Below are positions 1 through 9,592 of a stretch of 64,000 nucleotides of DNA, in pieces. A program made the position numbers and the translations under genes. The DNA is taken from assembly GCA_963727895.1 (NCBI GenBank), contig CAVSHT010000008.1, positions 96,001-160,000 on the forward strand, read 5' to 3'. The first letter of the stretch is position 1. Every line of letters starts with the position of its first letter. This DNA comes from an uncultured Methanosarcinaceae archaeon. GTDB taxonomy: Archaea > Halobacteriota > Methanosarcinia > Methanosarcinales > Methanosarcinaceae. The notes beneath the pieces were generated by a model. That model saw nothing but the letters and a program-made list of their open reading frames with translations. It was not told the origin of the DNA and did not search any database.

Positions 1-728
1 CTGCGTACACGTTCGATCCCATAATTAGCATATAATCGTCGTGAGTCATGTGGTTTCAGCCTCTGATTTTATGCATCTAATTTACCAGTATGATTATATA
101 AAATGCTTCTTAATCAGTTTTTGTTGTGAAATTGTACTTAAAAATAATGGTATTGTTATCTAAACATAGTTAACTCTTTATTTCTTTATTTCATCAATAG
201 AATAACCGAGTACTTTAGCATTTCAAGACTCTTCGTATAACACTTTGTCTTTCTTCTCAACCTTGCCAGAAAGTGCCTCAATATGCTGTTATATCCCTCA
301 ACAGTATACGTTTCTGCTTTGGATTGAGTATGAATCGTTTCAGGAAGAAACTCTGCATATGCCCTCCAGTGATCTGTCATCACTTCTCCAATGTCTTTTT
401 TCTTCACTTTTTCCCAGAGTAGTTTTCCAGTTTCCGTTCCTCTGCTGCCAAAAGAGCAGTTGATGAACTTTTTCCCAACTCTATCAACAGCAATCCAGAT
501 CCAGCAATATTTTGTTTGTTACCGATGTAAGTGTGCATTTCATCCATTTCAACAATAGATATTTCATTTTCACTTTTTAGAGCCTCCAACTCTTGACCAA
601 ATTTCTTGATCCATTTTTGGACAGAAACGTGACTTACCCCTAAAACGCACATGCTTTTCTTCGAATAACAAGCACAACTAATGAAAGTACTCTCCGTTCT
701 TTTTTTGGACTATTAAGCCCTCATTACC

Positions 729-862
729 TTGGGCAGTAAGGTTGTCTCGATTTTGGTTTTTCAAAACCGTCCTAAAACTAATCAGTGAATTGCCATCGAA
801 GGCTCAAGTGTGACTTTGATCACGGATGCTAAATTGGCCTTTTAGGCAATTCCACTGCCCAA
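729..862 (+). ncRNA. Putative IS110 bridge RNA core (target- and donor-binding loops); strand assumed from the transposase direction
   Basis: Closing stem TTGGGCAGT 729-737 / ACTGCCCAA 854-862. Hairpin GGTTTT-TC-AAAACC (755-768) flanked by CGATTTT and CCTAAAA, which match the target. Stem GAATTGCC/GGCAATTC encloses CAAGTGTG and ATGCTAAA, which match the element ends. Confidence 0.72.
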
Positions 863-881
863 ATAAATTTGGTGATCTAAT

Positions 882-2070
882 TTGATTGAAGTCATAAACA
901 AAGCTTGTGGTTTAGACATTCACAAACTCTTTTTCATTGCTACAATTTTCAGTAGATCTGGTGAAAAACAACAGCAACGTTTCAACAGAGATGATGAAGG
1001 AATTTTAGCCCTTAAAAATTGGGTAATATCAGAAAAATGTGATGTTGTTGCATGTGAATCAACCAGCTACTTTTGGGTTCCGATTCATGATTCATTGGTA
1101 AAGCATCTAACTGTGATAGTTGGAAATGCGCGAGATATGAAGGTATTTACCCATAAAAAACAGATAAGATTGACTCAGAAGTCATTGCACAACTTGCACT
1201 TAATAATATGATTCAGCCATCAAGAGTTTTTCCAAAGGATCATATAGATTTTAGATCATATGTTCGACTTCGGTTAACACTTGTACAAAAAAGAACAGAT
1301 TTAAAAAATAAAGCTCACTCAATTCTTGCATCTGAAATTCAATTCTTGCATCTGAAATGCTACACCTGAATAATGTGCTGACAGACGTTTTTGGCAAGAA
1401 TGGCAGAATGATCTTATTAGGAATCTCTTCAGGTAAGAGTGTTGATCAGATTATTGCAAGCCTCTCTCCAAATGTTCGGAAAAAAGCTGCTCAGATAAGA
1501 GAAATTCTTGATCGAGAAATTTCTCAAAGTGCTGCATTCAGACTTCAGATCTGTCTGAAACTCATAAAAAGTCTTGATGATGAACTCGAAGCTTTAGAAA
1601 CAGAAATTTTCAATTATGCTTCTCGAAATCATAAGCGAGAAATGGAGATTTTAATGTCAGTTCCAGGTATAGGGGAACTTGGTGCGGCAATTTTACTTGC
1701 TGAAATAGGCAACTTTAAGGATTTTTCTTCTGGAAATAAGCTTGCTTCTTGGCTTGGTCTAGTTCCTAATGTGTATCAATCTGCAGATAAATACTATAAC
1801 GGCAGAATCACAAAGAGGGGATCAAAAGTAGCAAAGTGGATTCTGACACAGATTGCTTAAGCAGCAGCAAGAAAGAAGAATAGCAGGTTAAAAGAGTTTT
1901 TTAACAGAAAAAAGAAGTCGATTGGACATGCAAAAGCAATTATTGCCTTAGCAAGGAAAATTGCAACGATACTATGGCATCTTATTACAAACGATGAGAT
2001 GGACGAAGATGAAACCGGATATCAAAAGAGAAATCCAAAAGAGAAAGATTATTGAGACTGAGATTTTTTA
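882..2070 (+). pseudogene. IS110 DEDD recombinase/transposase, disrupted
   Basis: Motifs GLDIHK, ACEST, KTDKIDS (intact in copy 2), VPGIG and YQSAD. Broken by a 1-nt deletion near 1155, a 20-bp tandem duplication at 1321-1358 and TAA at 1858-1860. Confidence 0.92.
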
Positions 2071-2416
2071 GGTTGATGAACTGATTAAAATAATTAGTGG
2101 AATATTTGCGATTATGGGGAAAAAGGATCAAGAGAGCACGTGAGGATAATCTCCTCATGTACTTTCATGCTAAATCATCCTATTGAGCGAAAGCCCAATC
2201 CTTCAAGATAGAGTTGTAAAGCCTGTCTTTTTACAGAAGCGGAAAAAGCAGTTGATTTTAGCTCTACTGTATAGTTATATCCACAATCATGGCATTTGTA
2301 GCGTTGACGCCCACCAACTATACCATTCTTTTTGTAATTAGAACTATTGCATCTGGGGCAGTTCATGAAGAAATATATGTTATAAGCATATATATCTATT
2401 TTTTAGTACCAATACC

Positions 2417-2451
2417 AAATAAAGAACTGGATATATTTAAGTAACAATGCC
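2417..2451 (+). mobile_element. Orphan right end of another short IS1 copy
   Basis: AAATAAAGAACTGGATATATTTAAGTAACAATGCC closely matches the IS1 right end at about 43185-43219. Confidence 0.75.
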
Positions 2452-2953
2452 AAATAATAAAATGTCATAGTCTATAAAAATCAAGAAGAGTCTTCTCACT
2501 TGATAAATAAAGTATATTAAAATAGCTGTTTTCCTCAAGATCTTTTGTCCTGCCCAAAAGCTATTTACTTAATAGGCTCTCTATTTTTGCTACAATGGTT
2601 CTAAAACGCAGGAGAAGAATTATTAAAGAAAACCCAGTTATCTAGCCTAAATACCTGGTAATAAATACAAAAAAATCTTGACAATGCAAACTTGAAATAT
2701 GAGAAGGGGGAGTTTGTAACAATTGTTGAGGCATTGAGATTCGACTTCGTTTTCCGATATCTTTGACTACGTTTAGATTTTATGGAAAGCAGGAAGATTA
2801 ATTTATAAATTACTAAGGTAGCTGAATCAAAATATAATTAGATTTTACAATATAAGATTTTTATTGTGTGTCTAGTCATAATAAAAACCTGATCTAAAAG
2901 ACTGATAGAATTAACAGGCTTATGGACGGGAAAATTACAGATGAGGAAAAAAG

Positions 2954-3409
2954 ATGGAGTATGTAAAAGGAAGAATTGGTAGGGTATTTACCGTCAGGAT
3001 TGATCATGGCGATGATTTGATTCTAGAACTTATAAAACTTGCTGAATTGGAACATATTGAATCTGCCATTTTTATGCTGCTTGGAGCATTAAAGGAAGCA
3101 ACGCTTGTAGCAGGTCCAAAAAAAAATATAGTTCCTCCAGAACCTGTATGGTTTGGCTTTAATGATGCTCATGAAATCCTGGGAATAGGAAATATATTCT
3201 TAAAGGACGGAAAACCAATGGTTCACCTGCATGCGGGAGCAGGCAGGGGGGACGATGTAAAAGTGGGATGTTTAAGAGGAGAAAGTGAAGTTTTTATGGT
3301 AGTTGAGGCTTTCGTCCTTGAACTGGATGGCATCTCTGCCAGAAGAATTGAAGATAAGGAGCAGGGCTTTGCTCCTGTACGTTTTGGTCAAGCTTCTAAC
3401 ATAGAATGA
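2954..3409 (+). CDS. PPC/DUF296 domain putative DNA-binding protein
   Basis: GRVFTVRIDHGDDL, EILGIGNI, VHLHAG and GCL motifs typical of DUF296. Confidence 0.85.
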   Translation: MEYVKGRIGRVFTVRIDHGDDLILELIKLAELEHIESAIFMLLGALKEATLVAGPKKNIVPPEPVWFGFNDAHEILGIGNIFLKDGKPMVHLHAGAGRGDDVKVGCLRGESEVFMVVEAFVLELDGISARRIEDKEQGFAPVRFGQASNIE

Positions 3410-3501
3410 CAATTCTTCAAGTAAAACAAGCTCTATATAGTATCTCGAAAAGTTGGGTATAACAAGGAAAATTAATATTCAATCCTACATTTTGCTCAAA
3501 A

Positions 3502-3891
3502 TTAGTTTTGTAACATTGTATCTATTTCCCGAAGCCTTTTTAGTGCAATTAATTTTTCCTTGTTATCTTTTAAGAAATTTTCTTCAAGGATCTTTACAAT
3601 TTGTGGGAAGGGTACTGTTAACTGATAATACTTCACAGGTCTGCCTTTTCCTTTATTCTTTTTTTCAGACCTTTCATCCACCCAGCCTCTATCTTTCAGG
3701 GGACGCATGGCTACACTCACTTCCGGTTGCCTCAGTCCTGATACAAGTTCGATGTGAAGGGACCTAAGCTCACTGCAATCTTTAAGGCATACGATTGCGG
3801 TAGCCTCTGTCCTTGGGAGTCCTAGGCTTTGGAGCATATCAATGATTGAATACTCTTTTTCGGTTAAATTAACGGGAGAATCGTCGGTCAT
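3502..3891 (-). CDS. Winged-helix transcriptional regulator (Methanosarcina-type ArsR/TrmB-like)
   Basis: LRQPEVSVAMRPL HTH segment and KGKGRPVKYY wing. Confidence 0.8.
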   Translation of the reverse strand: MTDDSPVNLTEKEYSIIDMLQSLGLPRTEATAIVCLKDCSELRSLHIELVSGLRQPEVSVAMRPLKDRGWVDERSEKKNKGKGRPVKYYQLTVPFPQIVKILEENFLKDNKEKLIALKRLREIDTMLQN

Positions 3892-4470
3892 CGAGGAAGA
3901 ATAATACTTTCAGGTTTATATATTTTATGTAGATAAAATTGTTTTATTAAATAAATTGAGTATAGTTACAGAGTAAAATAGCTATCGGACCCTAAGAAAT
4001 CCTTTTTTTGGAATGTTTTAATATAAAAACTAATATTTGTAAATCTTCGGAAAAAAACAGGTTTTGTGATCCTGACCAAAACCTTTAAAGCTAGTGTTTG
4101 CAGGAAATGAATACTTCTGAATTAGAAAACCTACTAGATAAGGGTTAAAAATAAGAAAAGCTCCTTTAAACACTGGAAGTATGATATTCCTGAATTTACA
4201 GGAATACAAATATCGCTATCTAATGAAAAAGTATTTCTGGATTCGGAATTTCAATATAACTCTTTATGTGTTAATTAAAGGTTCTTATGAGAAAATAGCG
4301 TAAAACTTAATTAAAATTATTCTCGTTAACCGAATAAAGAATTAAATACAATTTTGACATCTAACGGTTAGGTTAAAGTCAAGTTTCAAACTAAGGTTTA
4401 AGTCTCAGATTAAGCTTAAGCTTCAAATAACAGAATATATCTATAGATAGATCAAGATAAAAAGGGTGAA

Positions 4471-5760
4471 ATGATGTCGTATATCGGTCTACAGCAGGAT
4501 TCTGGAGAATACAAAATCCAAAAGATACATGCTCGGGAGATTCTGGATTCAAGAGGAAATCCCACTATTGAAGTTGATGTGTTTACACCAAAGGGATTTG
4601 GCAGAGCCAGTGTTCCTTCTGGGGCTTCCACTGGTACAAATGAAGCCCTTGAACTGCAGGATGCAGACCCCAATAGATATGAAGGAAAAGGAGCTCTTAC
4701 TGCAGTAAAGAATGTGAACACTATTATCCAGAAAGAATTACTGGGGCTTGATGTACGAAACCAGCGGGAAATCGATGAGCTAATGATTGAGCTCGATGAG
4801 ACTGATAACAAATCAAACCTTGGAGCAAACGCAATCCTTGGAGTATCAATGGGTGTTGCAAAAGCAGCTGCAGATTCCCTTAATATTCCACTCTACCGGT
4901 ATTTTGGAGGTTCAAATGCTTTTACTTTACCGGTACCCACAATGAATGTCCTTAATGGAGGCAAGCACGCGGGCAATGAGCTTGCAATTCAGGAATTTAT
5001 GATTCAGCCCAAAGGGGCAGAAACCTTTTATGAAGCTCTCCAGATTGGGGCAGAAATTTATCATACTCTTGGTAAAATCCTTGAAAAGAAATACGGTAGG
5101 TCCTCAACTAATGTGGGCTATGAAGGAGGATATGCCCCAAAAATGAGTGAATCAACCGAAGCCCTTGATGCCCTTGTCCAGGCTATTGAGGAAGCAGGCT
5201 ATACTGATACCGAGGTCACAATCGGGCTTGATGCTGCAGCTTCTGAGTTTTACGAAGACGAAACCTACACAATTGACGGAAAGAAACTCACTTCTTCGGA
5301 ATTGATGGATTACTATGTAGAACTTGTGAATTCCTATCCTATCCTTTCAATTGAAGACCCCTTCTATGAAGAAGCCTTTGAGGACTTCGAAGCCCTGACC
5401 AATGAATTATGGGATACAATTATTGTAGGAGATGATCTCTTTGTTACAAATATTGAGAGGCTATCAAAAGGTGTTGACATGGGAGCAGCAAATGCACTCT
5501 TACTAAAGGTCAACCAGATTGGAACCCTTTCTGAAGCTTTTGACGCTGCAAACATGGCTTCAAGAAACGGCTATACTGTAATAGTAAGCCACCGCTCTGC
5601 CGAAACCGAAGACACAACAATCGCGGACATCGCAGTAGCTATCGGAGCAGAAATGATCAAGACCGGAGCTCCGGCCCGTGGAGAAAGAACTGCAAAGTAT
5701 AATCAGCTTCTCAGAATAGAAGAAGATCTTGGTGAAGTCGCACATTACGTGCAGCTTTAA
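4471..5760 (+). CDS. eno: Enolase (phosphopyruvate hydratase)
   Basis: [39 protein letters not shown] and [11 protein letters not shown]. Confidence 0.98.
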   Translation: MMSYIGLQQDSGEYKIQKIHAREILDSRGNPTIEVDVFTPKGFGRASVPSGASTGTNEALELQDADPNRYEGKGALTAVKNVNTIIQKELLGLDVRNQREIDELMIELDETDNKSNLGANAILGVSMGVAKAAADSLNIPLYRYFGGSNAFTLPVPTMNVLNGGKHAGNELAIQEFMIQPKGAETFYEALQIGAEIYHTLGKILEKKYGRSSTNVGYEGGYAPKMSESTEALDALVQAIEEAGYTDTEVTIGLDAAASEFYEDETYTIDGKKLTSSELMDYYVELVNSYPILSIEDPFYEEAFEDFEALTNELWDTIIVGDDLFVTNIERLSKGVDMGAANALLLKVNQIGTLSEAFDAANMASRNGYTVIVSHRSAETEDTTIADIAVAIGAEMIKTGAPARGERTAKYNQLLRIEEDLGEVAHYVQL

Positions 5761-5963
5761 CCTTTTTTATTTTCGTTATTAATCTCTTTTTTGTTTTTTC
5801 TTTTCTTAATTTTTGTAATATACTCTTTTGTAATGAATACTAAAATCAATAGTTTATTTACCAAGATTAATTGAAGATTTATAAATCGATAAATTGACAA
5901 ATTGTTTACACATTAGTTTACAAATTTATATTCAACAAACAGATATATGAATTAATTATTGTA

Positions 5964-6629
5964 ATGGGTGTAAGAGGCGCTTTTATGATTGAAATGAAGT
6001 TACACGGTACATACAACATCTATTATGCCATTATAGGAATGAGGAACCCTATGAATTCCTGGCATCTTATGGACAGTAGCAAGCCCGATGAGGCCGGAAA
6101 CTGCAAGCTAGGAGAAAAGGACCTGAACCTGGCCCAGCGCCTGACCCTTGCAGGAAATGAACATGGCAAGTTTTTAAGGTTCATTACTGTCTGTTTTGAC
6201 CTTACAGCTCCTCTCTACTGGTGGAAGGAATTTGACACCTACAAGTTTGCAGAAAAGAACTCCACTTCAACGATGCATAAGCTAACCAGCAGAGAACTTG
6301 TTCCTCAAGATTTTTCTTTTGATACCCTGACAGATTACAGGAGTGAACAGATCCGGCATCTTAATGACCTTATCAAAGACTACAAATCCCATGAAGAAGA
6401 CAGCAAAGAAGAAAATGCTTATCGGAAAGCAATTTTCAGGGAACTTGTGCAGGATCTGCCAAGCGCATTTCTGCAGAAAAGGACAATTATAACCAATTAC
6501 GCTGAACTTCGAAATATTTACTTCCAGCGCCGCAATCACAAGCTTGATGAGTGGAAAGAGTTCTGCACCTGGATAAAAGAGACGTTACCGTATGCAGAAG
6601 AGTTAATTTGCTTAGAAAATAAGGGATAA
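5964..6629 (+). CDS. Divergent ThyX-fold (FAD-dependent thymidylate synthase-like) protein
   Basis: HGKFLRFITVCFDL and LPSAFLQKRTIITNYAELRNIYFQR resemble ThyX blocks. The canonical RHRx7S motif is absent. Confidence 0.6.
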   Translation: MGVRGAFMIEMKLHGTYNIYYAIIGMRNPMNSWHLMDSSKPDEAGNCKLGEKDLNLAQRLTLAGNEHGKFLRFITVCFDLTAPLYWWKEFDTYKFAEKNSTSTMHKLTSRELVPQDFSFDTLTDYRSEQIRHLNDLIKDYKSHEEDSKEENAYRKAIFRELVQDLPSAFLQKRTIITNYAELRNIYFQRRNHKLDEWKEFCTWIKETLPYAEELICLENKG

Positions 6630-6651
6630 AACTAAAAATATTTTTAAAACA

Positions 6652-6735
6652 ACCCTGCTGGAAATCAAATTGCGTGCGGCCATCTCATCCAAAAAGATGA
6701 GATACGCTTTGAGCCGCACTCTCAGTTTCAGGGGT
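6652..6735. ncRNA. GC-rich nested stem-loop, candidate small RNA or structured UTR element
   Basis: GTGCGGC 6674-6680 / GCCGCAC 6713-6719. ATCTCATC 6682-6689 / GATGAGAT 6696-6703. Imperfect outer stem ACCCTG../..CAGGGGT. Confidence 0.5.
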
Positions 6736-7121
6736 CCGAAATTTTCAATTATTCTTTGATCAGGTTTTACTGATTTAGAAGATTTGGATTCTGCTTTCGG
6801 TTTTTTATGATTCCTTGACATAATGTTTAATTATGTTAGCTGTTACATTTTCAACTGATTAATAGAATTTGCCACTTGACCATAGACTTCCACTCTAATA
6901 TCGTTTTTTATAATTCAGGATGAAGCTTGAAAAGTCTGTAAGAACTTCCTTCTTTCAGTATTGAATATTGAATAACTTGCGATAAGGAATTACCTGGATG
7001 AAATTCTACGAATAAGTGAACATAATCATCTACAATTTCCAGAGCATGAATCTTGTAGCCTTGCTCATTGCAAATGTTGTTGAAGTTCAATTCACAATCC
7101 TTTTTTATTCGCTTATTGTAG

Positions 7122-7251
7122 GAGCCTATCCTAAAACTCAAAATTTGCTTATTAGGCATTCAATTTCATATATTCAACCAAGATTTTGATTGTGAAAACA
7201 ATTCCGACAATTCCCAACAATTAAGAATAAAGTAGCTTTTGGGATAGGCTC
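7122..7251. mobile_element. MITE with IS5-like ends, copy 1
   Basis: TIR GAGCCTATCC / GGATAGGCTC, 3-bp target duplication TAG. Homologous copy at 56755-56882. Confidence 0.88.
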
Positions 7252-7285
7252 TAGATATATTGTATCGATACTTTGGCACCACCTA

Positions 7286-8360
7286 TAATCACCACTTTAA
7301 ATAATGCGACATTTTATGTTTAAATGTATGTTTCTCCCAAAATTCATTCATTTCTCCCTTTAATGCTTCAATATTTTTAAATGATTTTATTGACGTTAAG
7401 TTTTCTCCTGTCACTTTCCAACAGTATTCTACTGGGTTCCTATCTGGAGTAGCTGGAGGGAAAAATATTATTTTCAACCAATGCTTATTATTTTGATAAA
7501 ATTCCTTTGTCTTTGCTGATCTATGCCATGTAGCTCTGTCCAGTAAAAGAAATATCCTTGCCCCTATATCTCTTTGAAACTTGATTAATGATTTTAAGTA
7601 AGAGTCTGTATTCTGTGTAATTCCTAAATCATACCAATAAAATTCTCCATTTTCAGTGTAGAATCCCCAATATTGATTTTTTCTTTTGAACCACTTGTAA
7701 ATTTAATAGGTTTTGAGCCCTTTATTGCCCAATATCTTGATCTATTTGAATCCACACAAAAATTACTTTCATCATGGGTAACGAATAAATGGTTAGGGTT
7801 TAGTAATCTGTTTTTTGGACTTCTCTTATGAACTATTTTTTAAGCACCTCATTTCTTCTTTTAGATTGAGGTCGACATGTGATTTTTCTCAACCCTAAAT
7901 TTTTTAAAATTTGTCTCATTCTTGATTTGGAATAAGATACTCCAAATTTTTCCTTGACAAATTGAACTGCATCTTTTGTTTGCCAACCACGAGAATAAAC
8001 ATCATCTGTTGGTATAGGTTCTAAAAATGCCTCTCTTAACTCAGATAATTGTTCTGCAGTTAAAAAAGACTTGATTCTTCGACCAGGTTTATATTTAAGG
8101 CTAAACAAACCGTCGGTTTCAGCTCGTTTTATCCAGCGATGAACAGTTGAATGGTGAACTGAAAAATCGTCGGCAACTTTAGCGGGACTCAAACCATTTT
8201 TGACCAATAATAAGGCTTGAAGTTTAATCTGCTCGTTTTTGTTACAGGAATTTATGATAGCTGTAGAAATATCAAAAGTTGTAAACATTTCCAAACTCAT
8301 ATATAAAATTATATACTAATTTCAGGTATAATAATGTTGCAGTAAATACAGAGGTGACTA
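7286..8360 (-). mobile_element. IS630-family element, transposase degenerate
   Basis: TIR TAATCACC / GGTGACTA with TA duplication. HTH ORF at 7833-8300. DDE fragments HDES, LDRATWH and PDRNPVEYCW with stops and frameshifts. Confidence 0.88.
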
Positions 8361-8985
8361 TATGTCCAGAGTGCCAAAAAGCTCATTTTACAAAAAAGTA
8401 ATGATTTAGAGAATTAAAGAGAGAAAAGAAGAGACGAGGGTTCGCCTTGTTCCCAACCTAAAGGTCGGAATATTCGCGATGCTCTGCGCTTCCATTGTAA
8501 TAAATAAGGTAGTATAACTTATTCAATACATTAAACTCGAGCTTTAAGGCATGGAATTCAAAAGATAGTTAAAATCAAAAGAGATCTTAGTTTCTATTTG
8601 ATATCAAGATAGTACAAGAAATCTAAATGTGTAAAAAGTATTGATCAAAAACTAATTTTTGCCTTAATATTTTGCTTTCACCATAAAGATTTGTGTGTAA
8701 TCTTCTAAATCTTGACGATATTATGGTAGTTAGTATTGACTGAAAAATACGTGGGAACTTTAAAGATCGTTTTGAAACACAAATTTATAGGAGAAAATAC
8801 ATATAATTTAACATATCAAATATTCAAAAGAGCTTTCTTGTTTTTTGAAGCGATGTGATAATTTTTCAACAAAAATTGTAGTTCCAAAAAATATTAATAT
8901 TAACTTAAGTCGGGATAAAAATAGGAAACTTTACTTATTAAAGAGAATTTTATAAAGTTTATTGAGGCATAAAGAGTGAAAAAAC

Positions 8986-9294
8986 ATGACTAAAAAACAA
9001 TTAGCAATTGCTTGTACTCTCTTATTCATAATAGCTCATATGTTCAGACGATGGAAAAAGATGCAAAAATCTCTTGTATGGAAAGGGTTTCTAATTGAAT
9101 CTATGTGGGTAGATGGCTATAGAGACCTATCACTTTTCGAGAAATTTGTTTTTTGGGTGGATTATCCGTTCTCGTATGTTAAATTTTTATGGGTTGTCAT
9201 ATGGGATTATATTGATAGACTATTTTTTAGAAATTCAAGGATAGGATTCACTAAAACAAGAGTTGAATACCGAAAGTCCTACAAAATAGAATAA
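8986..9294 (+). CDS. Small hypothetical membrane protein
   Basis: 102-aa ORF with an N-terminal hydrophobic segment and a GAGTGA RBS-like motif upstream. Confidence 0.55.
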   Translation: MTKKQLAIACTLLFIIAHMFRRWKKMQKSLVWKGFLIESMWVDGYRDLSLFEKFVFWVDYPFSYVKFLWVVIWDYIDRLFFRNSRIGFTKTRVEYRKSYKIE

Positions 9295-9592
9295 TATGAA
9301 AAGTTACTTGTTATGTTGAAAAACTCTTATTGTTCTTGATAATCTTTTGAATATATATTATATTGGAATTTCTGCATATTTCAATCTACATACGTTCTTT
9401 AGGCGTAGAGCCTTAATTCAATTATCTTAACTAAGTTATAGTTATAGTTCTATGAAAAAAGTTTTGTGAAAAAACGGAAACATTAACACGTTTTGACATC
9501 GTCTTATAACTTTGATATTAAATCTGTTTTTCAATGGGTTTGAAAGTGGAAAACTATTAAAAATCATGGCAACAACTTAAAGCAGAAAGGTA

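Larger units (their letters stand above)
646..2171 (+). mobile_element. IS110-family element, copy 1 (recombinase pseudogene plus long 5' non-coding end)
   Basis: Junctions are defined by interruption of IS1 insA. Subterminal inverted repeat ATGAAAGTAC (681-690) / GTACTTTCAT (2159-2168). Near-identical second copy at 45073-46567. Confidence 0.93.
149..2416 (-). mobile_element. IS1-family element (short insA/insB type), copy 1, interrupted by IS110
   Basis: Terminal inverted repeats GGTATTGTTA at 149 and TACCAATACC ending at 2416. insA zinc ribbon (MNCPRC..C..C) at 2175-2366, remainder of insA/insB at 186-645. Frameshift A-run mutated to AACAAACAAAA. Confidence 0.92.
6908..8493 (-). pseudogene. 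tnpA: IS200/IS605 tnpA remnant with end hairpin, split by a MITE and an IS630
   Basis: VVPKYRY at about 7260-7283. IHALEIVDDYVHLFV (HUH His changed to Tyr) and GSSYRL. GC-rich hairpin CCAACCT-AA-AGGTCGG at 8453-8468. Confidence 0.75.

Noticed and set aside
6612..6821. 69-aa minus-strand ORF
   Set aside because: No recognisable protein features; it overlaps a structured GC-rich element that explains the open frame.
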